This document shows positions 20,007 through 28,304 of a DNA stretch of 55,343 bases, piece after piece (within the stretch, counting starts at the first letter, position 1; every line of letters begins with the position of its first letter). The notes below the pieces were generated by a model. That model searched no databases and had not been told where the DNA came from. It was given only the letters and a program-made list of their open reading frames with translations. Source of the stretch: Pseudomonadota bacterium (lineage in GTDB: Bacteria > Pseudomonadota > Alphaproteobacteria > MED-G09). The stretch lies in NCBI GenBank assembly GCA_036344135.1, contig JAYYUG010000057.1, forward strand, positions 1 through 55,343, written 5' to 3'. Made by a program: the position numbers and the translations under genes.

Positions 20007-20038
20007 GGGAGGCATCATTAGATGCCTCCCTTTTTTTT
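20007..20038 (+). terminator. Rho-independent terminator
   Basis: Perfect 10-bp GC-rich stem GGGAGGCATC / GATGCCTCCC with loop ATTA, followed by T8. Confidence 0.9.
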
Positions 20039-20079
20039 ATGTGTTATAAGAATCTAAGGCAAATAGAAGGAGATTATGC

Positions 20080-20478
20080 ATGTCTGGTAGTGGAAGATGT
20101 TTGTGCGGAGACATAAACTTTAAGTATGATTCTGAACCCAGCCTATTTTTAATATGCCATTGTACAGATTGTCAAAGGGCTACTGGTAGCCCAGTAGCTT
20201 CCATTATTGTAATCCCCGAAACAGATTTTCACTGTGAAGGCGAACTAGGTAGTTATACGTGTGAGACTAATGTTACTAGGTCCTTTTGTAAGAACTGTGG
20301 CTCTCAAGTTTTTAGTATAGCTGAAAGTGCTCCTGGAATAGTTCTTATAAAGACAGGAGTTTTAGACGAACAACCGAAGATTGAGCCCAACCTAGGGTGT
20401 TGGAAAAAAAGTAAGCCCGGTTGGTTAAATATTGAGCACCCAGAAAACACTTTCGATGAAAATCCAGTTTTGGGCTAG
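20080..20478 (+). CDS. GFA-family (CENP-V/glutathione-dependent formaldehyde-activating enzyme-like) zinc protein
   Basis: Cys pattern CLCGDINF...CHCTDCQRATGSP...FCKNCGSQVF, typical of the GFA domain. Confidence 0.85.
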   Translation: MSGSGRCLCGDINFKYDSEPSLFLICHCTDCQRATGSPVASIIVIPETDFHCEGELGSYTCETNVTRSFCKNCGSQVFSIAESAPGIVLIKTGVLDEQPKIEPNLGCWKKSKPGWLNIEHPENTFDENPVLG

Positions 20479-20560
20479 TGAAGTCTGTCATATAAAAATA
20501 ATAAAAATCTAATTATTAGAATTCACTTTATATTTAGAATTGAATAACGAGATAGAATTT

Positions 20561-21829
20561 ATGACAAAGAAGAATCGAAGACAGGTTATTAAGGGTTTAA
20601 CATTTGGCTATTTGTCACTTGTCGTTAGTCCTTATATTATTGGCTTAGATTCTAGAATTTTTGCTTCTACAACTGACTCCAACAATAAAGACATTCATAA
20701 AGGTTCTGAGGCTATAGGTTGGACTGATCTCGGGCCTCTCAATGCCCCGGACAAGAATGGAGTAATGTTACCTGATGGATTAGAAGCTAGATTAATAGCG
20801 GAGTCTGGTAAAGAATTAAATAACGGTTACTTCTGGCATGGTTCTCCCGACGGGGCGGGAGTTTTTTCTTCAGACGATGGAGGTTGGATTTATGTTAGTA
20901 ATAGTGAATTGCCCAATTCTCAGGGTGGAGTTGGAGCTCTAAAATTTAATAAAAATGCTGAGTTAATAGATGCATATTCATTACTTACGGGTTCGGAAAG
21001 AAACTGTTCAGGTGGAATAACCCCATGGGGAACATGGCTTTCTGGGGAGGAATACTCTAGGGGTTTGATTTGGGAGGTTTCTCCAGAGAGAGGAGATACA
21101 AATTATCCCAAAAAGCGTCCTGAATTGGGTGTATTTATTCATGAAGCCGCAGTAGTTGATCCAGAAAATAACTATATTTATATGACTAATGATGAGCCAG
21201 CAGGATTATTTTATAGATTTATTCCTGGCGGGGAACCTAGAACAGAATCCTTCTATAGTCGTGGAAATTTGCAGGCTGCAAAAGTTGAAAAAAACAACAT
21301 TGTTTCTTGGATAAATGTTCCTGATCCATACGCAAAAGACTCTCCCATTATTGGTCAACTTCCTGAGGCAACTTCTTTTGAACGAGGAGAGGGTATGACT
21401 TTTTTTGAAGGCAATGTTTTTTTTGCTACAACCAAAGATCATAGGGTTTGGTTATATAATACAAAAAATAATGAACTTTCTCTTTTTTATGATGGCCTTA
21501 GATCAGAAGAAAGAATAACTGCGATTGATTGGTTAAAGAGTTGGAAGAAAGAGACTCAAAATAAAATTCTTAACGATCCTGATGATATGACTGTCACAAA
21601 AGATGGACAGGTTTTAGTTGCTGAAGATAGTGATAATATGGAGTTATGTTTATTAGGTAAGGATGGATCTGCTAGACCCCTACTGCGGCTTGATGGTCAT
21701 TGGTTTTCTGAAGTTACGGGTCCCGCTTTTTCCCCTGATGGTTCTTATTTATATTTTTCCTCGCAAAGGGGAATATCAGGTTCTCGACTCAAGGGCGGTA
21801 TGACCTTTGAGGTTAGAAGAAAAGTATAA
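20561..21829 (+). CDS. PhoX-like / DUF839 beta-propeller protein with Tat signal (possible phosphatase)
   Basis: Twin-arginine signal KKNRRQVIKGL. DUF839/PhoX motifs NCSGGITPWGTWLSGEE, DPDDMTVTKDGQVLVAEDSD and EVTGPAFSPDGSYLYFSSQ. The ORF track starts at TTG 20540; I prefer ATG 20561. Confidence 0.75.
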   Translation: MTKKNRRQVIKGLTFGYLSLVVSPYIIGLDSRIFASTTDSNNKDIHKGSEAIGWTDLGPLNAPDKNGVMLPDGLEARLIAESGKELNNGYFWHGSPDGAGVFSSDDGGWIYVSNSELPNSQGGVGALKFNKNAELIDAYSLLTGSERNCSGGITPWGTWLSGEEYSRGLIWEVSPERGDTNYPKKRPELGVFIHEAAVVDPENNYIYMTNDEPAGLFYRFIPGGEPRTESFYSRGNLQAAKVEKNNIVSWINVPDPYAKDSPIIGQLPEATSFERGEGMTFFEGNVFFATTKDHRVWLYNTKNNELSLFYDGLRSEERITAIDWLKSWKKETQNKILNDPDDMTVTKDGQVLVAEDSDNMELCLLGKDGSARPLLRLDGHWFSEVTGPAFSPDGSYLYFSSQRGISGSRLKGGMTFEVRRKV

Positions 21830-21859
21830 TTAAATATTAAAATATATATACTCACGCAG

Positions 21860-23182
21860 ATGCAAAAATTAACAAAACCAATTTTATTATCATATGCAAG
21901 TTTAGCTATCCCTCTTTCCGCTTTAGGCTTGCCTTTAACGGTTTACTTACCGCCTTTTTATGAGAGCTCAGTAGGGTTGAGTGTAGGCGCTGTCGGAATA
22001 ATTTTTATGGCAGCAAGATTTTGGGATATTTTCACAGATCCAGTTATGGGAATTGTGGTTGATAGATTTCCTAGCAGATGGGGAAAAAGAAAACACTGGA
22101 TCGTTATTGGCATTCCTATTTTAATGTTAGCCTCATGGTACGTCTTTATTCCTGGAGATGGACCACAATCATCTCTTTACCTTTTGTCTTGGTTGTTTGT
22201 TCTATATCTTTCTTACACTTTTGTATCTTTGACTCAACAGGCGTGGGGAGTAGATTTAACTTCAAAATACGATGATAGGTCTACCATATATGGTTGGCGT
22301 GAAATGGGGTCTATTTTTGGTATGATGTTGGTGCTTGCCTTCCCGGCTATTCTTGAAATGTTGGATTATGATTTTCGAACGATGATATCAGGAATGGGAT
22401 ATTTCTTATTAATTTCTCTACCTCTTGCCTCATTTATAGGATTGTTGGTTATACCGGATGATAAAAAATCCGAGGGAACAGAATTTCCAAAAATTAGAGA
22501 TTTTATTCCAATTGTTAAAGGAAATGGACCTTTAAAGCGAACACTAGCTGCAGAAGTTATGTGCAGTACGGCATCGACGATTGCTGGGTCAACCTATATT
22601 TATCTTGCAAAATATGTTTTTGATTTAGGCGATGTTTCTAGTCGCATTCTCTTCTTATATTTTTTTGCAGGTTTATTAGCGATGCCTTTATGGATGAAGA
22701 TGGCCTACTCAATTGGTAAGCACAAGACATTATTTATATCGGCATTATTTTGCTCAGCTGTCTTATCGACTTATTTTTTTGTTGATACTAACGATGCGTT
22801 TTGGACAATCGTTATTTTAACCACTCTCTTTGGGTTTGGTTATGGAGCTCCTTTTACACTCACTCGGGCACTTATGGCAGATATTATTGATGCTGATGAA
22901 TTAAGATCAGGAGAAAAAAGACCAGCCTTGTTTTTTGCCATTTTAAATACTTTGTACAAGATTGGTAGCGCTGTAGCAGTTGGCTCGGTATATTTATACC
23001 TTGAATTTGTTGGTTTTAGTTCTTCTCAAGAAGTGGGTCCAGAGATAAAAAACTCTATACTTCTAGCTTTCTCTATTTTTCCTATGTTCCTTTATTTTTT
23101 TGCAGCAATGACTTGCTGGGGATACGAACTTACCCCAATAAAACACAAAGAAATTCAAAAACAACTTGAGGAGAGAGGCTAA
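21860..23182 (+). CDS. GPH-family (MelB-like) cation symporter
   Basis: GPH loop WDIFTDPVMGIVVDRFPSRWGKRKHW and about 12 TM helices. Confidence 0.85.
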   Translation: MQKLTKPILLSYASLAIPLSALGLPLTVYLPPFYESSVGLSVGAVGIIFMAARFWDIFTDPVMGIVVDRFPSRWGKRKHWIVIGIPILMLASWYVFIPGDGPQSSLYLLSWLFVLYLSYTFVSLTQQAWGVDLTSKYDDRSTIYGWREMGSIFGMMLVLAFPAILEMLDYDFRTMISGMGYFLLISLPLASFIGLLVIPDDKKSEGTEFPKIRDFIPIVKGNGPLKRTLAAEVMCSTASTIAGSTYIYLAKYVFDLGDVSSRILFLYFFAGLLAMPLWMKMAYSIGKHKTLFISALFCSAVLSTYFFVDTNDAFWTIVILTTLFGFGYGAPFTLTRALMADIIDADELRSGEKRPALFFAILNTLYKIGSAVAVGSVYLYLEFVGFSSSQEVGPEIKNSILLAFSIFPMFLYFFAAMTCWGYELTPIKHKEIQKQLEERG

Positions 23183-23239
23183 TAATGCTTGCTCAGAAAA
23201 AAATTCATGTTTAGCTTATTATATACAGGAGAGTAAAAA

Positions 23240-24427
23240 ATGGGACCATTAAGTGGAGTTAAGATTATAGATATATCAACAATTGTTTCAGGTCCCCTTG
23301 CTACATCTATGTTGGGGGATCAAGGTGCAGAAATTATAAAAATAGAACCTCCTTTTAAAGGAGAAAACGCTAGAGTTCATGGACCAATAAAAGAAGGGAC
23401 CGGAGCGCTCTTCGCGTCGGTTAATAGATCTAAAAGAAGCCTAGCTCTTGATCTCAAAGAAGATTCAGCGAAAGAAATCATTTATAAAATTGTTAAAAAG
23501 GCAGATGTAATTATCGACAATTTCAGACCCGGAACATTGAAGAGACTTGGGCTTAATTATGAAAATCTTAAGAAATACAATTCACAGATAATTCAATTAT
23601 CCATAACAGGATATGGTGAGAATGGACCTTATTCAAGAAGAAGAGTTTATGATCCTTTAATTCAAGCTACAGCAGGAATTACAGACGCTCAGGCTCACGA
23701 GGGTGAACCGAAATTTATGAAAACTCTATTATGTGATAAAGTGACATCCTTGACAGCTGCGCAAGCAGTGACTTCAGCTCTTTATGCAAGAGAGAAGAAT
23801 TCTGAAGGTCAAAGAATAACTTTAACAATGCTTGATACGGCTTTGTATTTTATGTGGTGCGATTCAATGTACAATTTTACTTGGTTAGGAGATGATTGGT
23901 CTCCAATTCCTAATATTGCAGATTTTTATGAACCGGTAAAAACTAAAGACGGTTATGTAACTATTGTTGCAGTTAACGATGGAGAATTCGAAGGGGTCAT
24001 TAAGGCTCTAGGCAAAGAAGATCTTTTGGAAGATGAAAGATTCTCAACAACTGAAAATAGGTTAAAAAATATTATTGAAATGCAAAGTATTTTGAATCAG
24101 GCTTATTTAAATTTTACGACAGATGAAATAGTTAAGAAAATGGAGGATCATGATGTCCCTGTTGCAAAAATCAACACAAGGGAAGAAGCTTTGACTGATC
24201 CGCAGGTCATAAACAACAATTCAATAATAAAAATTTCTTCAAATGGGAAAGAGGTTATGCGAGGACCAAGGGCTCCGGCTAATTTTCTAGGAACAGAATG
24301 CGACAAACCAACATTTTTACCGTTACTTGGAGAGCATTCAACAGAAATTCTGGAAGAATATGGATATACAAAAGAAGAAATTGATAGCCTTATAGATAAC
24401 AAAATTGTTCAGGGAGAAAAAAATTGA
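23240..24427 (+). CDS. Family III CoA-transferase (CaiB/BaiF family)
   Basis: N-terminal GVKIIDISTIVSGPLATSMLGDQGAEIIKIEPP, then the NRSKRSL and DNFRPG motifs. Confidence 0.9.
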   Translation: MGPLSGVKIIDISTIVSGPLATSMLGDQGAEIIKIEPPFKGENARVHGPIKEGTGALFASVNRSKRSLALDLKEDSAKEIIYKIVKKADVIIDNFRPGTLKRLGLNYENLKKYNSQIIQLSITGYGENGPYSRRRVYDPLIQATAGITDAQAHEGEPKFMKTLLCDKVTSLTAAQAVTSALYAREKNSEGQRITLTMLDTALYFMWCDSMYNFTWLGDDWSPIPNIADFYEPVKTKDGYVTIVAVNDGEFEGVIKALGKEDLLEDERFSTTENRLKNIIEMQSILNQAYLNFTTDEIVKKMEDHDVPVAKINTREEALTDPQVINNNSIIKISSNGKEVMRGPRAPANFLGTECDKPTFLPLLGEHSTEILEEYGYTKEEIDSLIDNKIVQGEKN

Positions 24428-25347
24428 TCAGCTTAAGGGCAAGATTGTGGGCTTATTTAATAAAGAGATGGAGAGATAAGGTAGGCAACATCAAAAACGC
24501 CAAAGATATTCGACAAGGTGATGGGAATGATATCGAAATATATACAAACAATTCTTGGAAAAAACAGAAAGAAATTACTTTTACCGATCTTAGTGTTGGC
24601 AATATCGATATTTTAAGACTCGATAATAAAAATAACGAAAATAACAAAACACTTTTGTATCTTCATGGAGGTGGATATGTAGCCTGTGGGCCTGAGACCC
24701 ACGGACCACTGATTACAAAATTATCTTTATATTCTCAAGCGAATGTATTTTTCCCAATCTATAGACTCGCGCCCGAGCATCCTTATCCTGCCGCAATAGA
24801 AGATGCATTACTTTCCTACCGATATTTGTTGGATCAAGGAATAAAATCTCAAGAGATCTTTGTTGCAGGTGATTCGGCTGGAGGTGGCCTTTCCATGGCC
24901 TTATTACAGAAGATTAAAGAAGAAAATCTTCCTAAGCCTGCATGTGCAATTCTCATTTCTCCTTGGACGGATCTAACGTTAAGTGGAAATTCGTTACATG
25001 AAAGAGCAGAAAGAGACCCTTTGTTGCAACCGGGACCAAGTATGAGTGTTATCGTAGATGCCTATTGCGCAGGAGAGGATCCAAAAAACCCCTTAATATC
25101 ATCAATTTTTGGAGATTTACAAGATATGCCACCAATTCAGATTCAAGTTGGTAGCGAGGAAATCATTTATGATGACAGTCTGCGTCTTTTTAATCGACTA
25201 AAGGAATATCAGAATCATTCTATCGAATTTTTAGAGTGGGAAGGATTGTTTCATGTTTTTCAGGCTTTTTGCAGTGGTTGGCTTGCAATACCGGAAGCCA
25301 AAAAATCTATAAAAAAAATGGCTCAATTCGCTGATAAATTTATCTAA
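24424..25347 (+). CDS. Alpha/beta hydrolase fold-3 esterase/lipase (HSL family)
   Basis: Oxyanion motif HGGGY and nucleophile GDSAGG. Its TTG start overlaps the CoA-transferase TGA (TTGA). Confidence 0.85.
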   Translation: MISLRARLWAYLIKRWRDKVGNIKNAKDIRQGDGNDIEIYTNNSWKKQKEITFTDLSVGNIDILRLDNKNNENNKTLLYLHGGGYVACGPETHGPLITKLSLYSQANVFFPIYRLAPEHPYPAAIEDALLSYRYLLDQGIKSQEIFVAGDSAGGGLSMALLQKIKEENLPKPACAILISPWTDLTLSGNSLHERAERDPLLQPGPSMSVIVDAYCAGEDPKNPLISSIFGDLQDMPPIQIQVGSEEIIYDDSLRLFNRLKEYQNHSIEFLEWEGLFHVFQAFCSGWLAIPEAKKSIKKMAQFADKFI

Positions 25348-26279
25348 CCGACTGCCTTTTTAATAGCTTTACTTGCTGCGTCTACTGCCTTCTTTGCGCA
25401 ATTCATTGCGAGAGGCCAAGAAAAGAAAGCATGAATTACATCATCATATTCAATATGTTCCACCTCATTCCCTGCTTCCCGCAAAGCCTCTACATAATCT
25501 CTACCTTCATCTCTAAGCGGGTCGGCCGCAACCGTAATAACATATGAGGGAGGAAGATTGGAAAGATCTGAAGCAAGGAGAGGGGATACTCTCCAGTCCT
25601 TGCGATCTTTATCATTAGCCAAATAATGCTTGTAGAACCATCTCATTCCTTCTTTCTCTAAAAGAAATCCTTTACCATTTTCTTCATACGAAGCCCTTTC
25701 TTTAGAAGCATCTGTTGCAGGATAAATCAAAAGTTGATAACTGACGTTCAGATCTTTTTCTTCTCGAGCCATAAGGCTCATAACTGCAGCAATATTGCCC
25801 CCAGCACTATCTCCGGCAACAACAATCTTTGCTTTATCGATATTAAGCTCTTCACTATTATCGGAAATGAATTTTAGTGCTGTAAAGGACTCATCAATTG
25901 GAACTGGGAATTTGAATTCAGGAGCCAATCGGTATCCCACAGAAAAAACTCGGCATCCTGTGGCGTTGCTGAGATACCTGCAGAGAGAATCGTGACCATC
26001 TCTCGATCCTATAACCCATCCGCCTCCATGATAAAATATTATTGCTGGTAAGGCCTTATTTTCGGGGGCACCAATGGGGGTATAATCATACATAGGTATT
26101 GGCCCAAAAGGTCCGTCGGCTCCTATTTCAACTACACCCTTTACTTCTGGGCTCTCTTGTTCAATAAGATCTAAATTACGAGCTTCAATGGGTTCCATAT
26201 CTTCTATACCAAAGCCTCCCACATCCTTTAAAACATTCAGAAAGTCTTCAATTTCTTTAGCAAATTTGTATTTAGTCAT
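25344..26279 (-). CDS. Alpha/beta hydrolase fold-3 esterase/lipase (HSL family)
   Basis: HGGGW oxyanion motif, GDSAGG nucleophile and a C-terminal DDVIHAF His motif. It overlaps the upstream symporter gene by 8 nt. Confidence 0.85.
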   Translation of the reverse strand: MTKYKFAKEIEDFLNVLKDVGGFGIEDMEPIEARNLDLIEQESPEVKGVVEIGADGPFGPIPMYDYTPIGAPENKALPAIIFYHGGGWVIGSRDGHDSLCRYLSNATGCRVFSVGYRLAPEFKFPVPIDESFTALKFISDNSEELNIDKAKIVVAGDSAGGNIAAVMSLMAREEKDLNVSYQLLIYPATDASKERASYEENGKGFLLEKEGMRWFYKHYLANDKDRKDWRVSPLLASDLSNLPPSYVITVAADPLRDEGRDYVEALREAGNEVEHIEYDDVIHAFFSWPLAMNCAKKAVDAASKAIKKAVG

Positions 26280-28035
26280 TTCCTTCCCCTCCTGGTAGTC
26301 TAATATTATCTACTAATTCAACAACTTCAATAGGTGGTGCCTTAGTTAACGAAGAAAAAATAATAGAAACAAAAAAATTAATGATCATGCCTATCACTCC
26401 AATACCTTCTGGAGAAATACCAAGAAACCAATTATTAGAATTATTTAGTTCAGGCGAAACAAATTTAAAAAATATTATATAAGAAGCTGTGAAAACTAAT
26501 CCTGTTATCATACCTGCTATAGCACCAACTGAATTCATTCTTTTAGAAAATATTCCCATTACAATCGCAGGAAATATAGAAGCGGCAGCTAACCCAAATG
26601 CAAAGGCTACAACCTGTGCCACGAAGGCTGGCGGATATATTCCGAACACACCAGCTACACAGATAGCAATTGCTGCAGATATTCTAGCCAATGCTAATTC
26701 CTGTTTTTCACTTATCGAGGGCATTAAGGTCTTCTTCATCAAATCATGACTTATGGCTGAAGAAATTACCAGTAAAAGTCCTGCTGCAGTAGACAAAGCT
26801 GCCGCTAAAGCCCCAGCAGCAACCAAAGCTATTACCCAGTTTGGTAATTGCGCTATTTCTGGGTTGGCGAGCACCATAATATCTCTATCGATATATATCT
26901 CATTTTCGTTAGAAGTTCTTTCATTACTAACCAATCTTTCTCCATTTACTCCTCTTTCAGAGGTAAATTTTGGTTTGACTTTCTCAAGGGCGTTGCCTGG
27001 TCTGTATTGTATAATCCCATACTGATTTTTATCAGTCCAAGAAATTAGTCCTATATCTTCCCAGTTTCTAAACCATTCGGGAGTAGATTGATAAGGGGTT
27101 TCATTAACCGTATCAATAAAGTTTAACCGAGAAAATGAAGAAACGGCAGGAGCAGTGGTGTACAAAATAGCTATAAATAAAAGTGCCCATCCTGCAGAGG
27201 CCCTTGCATCTCGAACTTTAGGTACTGTAAAAAATCTTACTATAACATGAGGAAGGCCTGCTGTTCCCACCATTAGGGCCGCGGTAATGCAGAAGATATC
27301 TATCTTGGCCCTGGAAGAGTCTGTATATGCGTTAAATCCTAAATCCGTAAGAACATTATTGAGTTTTTCGAGGAGATATACATTTTCTCCTACTATTTGT
27401 GAACCGAAACCCAATTGGGGAACGGGATTTCCAGTTATTAAAATCGATATAAAGATAGCAGGAACCATATAAGCAAATATTAAAACACAATATTGAGCAA
27501 CTTGGGTGTATGTAATCCCCTTCATTCCTCCTAATACGGCATAGATAAAAACTATACCCATTCCTATTATCACTCCTATATTTATATCAACTTCTAGAAA
27601 TCTAGAAAAAACTATTCCAACCCCTCTCATCTGACCCGCAATATAGGTAAAAGATATAAAAATAAGACAGAAAACTGCCACCAATCTTGCAATACTGGAA
27701 TAATATCTGTCCCCAATAAAGTCTGGAACAGTGAACTTACCAAATTTTCTTAAATATGGAGCAAGAAGCATTGCCAGTAGTACGTAACCTCCGGTCCACC
27801 CCATAAGATAAACTGAACCGTCTCTTCCCATAAAGGATATGATACCGGCCATAGAAATGAAAGAAGCCGCCGACATCCAATCGGCCGCGGTTGCCATTCC
27901 ATTTGCTACAGGATGAACGTGCCCTCCGGCTATATAAAATTCTCCTGTTGTTGAAGCTTTGGACCAGATGGCTATTCCAATATATAAAGCAAAAGCGGCT
28001 CCTACGATAATATAGGTTAAGGTTTGGACGTCCAT
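26272..28035 (-). CDS. Sodium:solute symporter (SSS family), large subunit of the two-component VC_2705/ActP-like type
   Basis: 587 aa with about 13-14 TM helices. SSS-type conserved segments are present (GGHVHPVANGMATAADWMSAASF), with a long soluble insertion mid-protein as in this subfamily. A DUF4212 small-subunit gene lies immediately upstream. Confidence 0.88.
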   Translation of the reverse strand: MDVQTLTYIIVGAAFALYIGIAIWSKASTTGEFYIAGGHVHPVANGMATAADWMSAASFISMAGIISFMGRDGSVYLMGWTGGYVLLAMLLAPYLRKFGKFTVPDFIGDRYYSSIARLVAVFCLIFISFTYIAGQMRGVGIVFSRFLEVDINIGVIIGMGIVFIYAVLGGMKGITYTQVAQYCVLIFAYMVPAIFISILITGNPVPQLGFGSQIVGENVYLLEKLNNVLTDLGFNAYTDSSRAKIDIFCITAALMVGTAGLPHVIVRFFTVPKVRDARASAGWALLFIAILYTTAPAVSSFSRLNFIDTVNETPYQSTPEWFRNWEDIGLISWTDKNQYGIIQYRPGNALEKVKPKFTSERGVNGERLVSNERTSNENEIYIDRDIMVLANPEIAQLPNWVIALVAAGALAAALSTAAGLLLVISSAISHDLMKKTLMPSISEKQELALARISAAIAICVAGVFGIYPPAFVAQVVAFAFGLAAASIFPAIVMGIFSKRMNSVGAIAGMITGLVFTASYIIFFKFVSPELNNSNNWFLGISPEGIGVIGMIINFFVSIIFSSLTKAPPIEVVELVDNIRLPGGEGND

Positions 28036-28037
28036 TT

Positions 28038-28298
28038 CTATTCTTCTTCTACATTAAATCGTTTATCAAGCTTGTTCATTAGAAAACAATAAAGGACAAT
28101 AAGAAAAACAAATATGATTATGGAGCCCTGTTGGGCAAACCAAAAACCAAGCTTGAAACCAGCTATTTAAAATTGATCAAGGCTTTAAGAAAACAATATG
28201 CCAGCTCCAAATGAAACCATGAACCAAATAGCCAAAAGAGAACCGACAATAGTAAGGTTTAGTTTCCAATATAAGTTTTTATTTTTTTCTTTATCCAT
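28038..28298 (-). pseudogene. DUF4212 solute:sodium symporter small subunit, 86 codons with two in-frame TAA codons (28185-28187 and 28167-28169)
   Basis: Hand translation gives MDKEKNKNLYWKLNLTIVGSLLAIWFMVSFGAGILFS*SLDQF*IAGFKLGFWFAQQGSIIIFVFLIVLYCFLMNKLDKRFNVEEE*. The family signature GF.LGFWFAQQGS....V.LI..Y...MN.LD lies downstream of both stops and in the same frame as the ATG. Confidence 0.8.
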
Positions 28299-28304
28299 AT
28301 TTTA

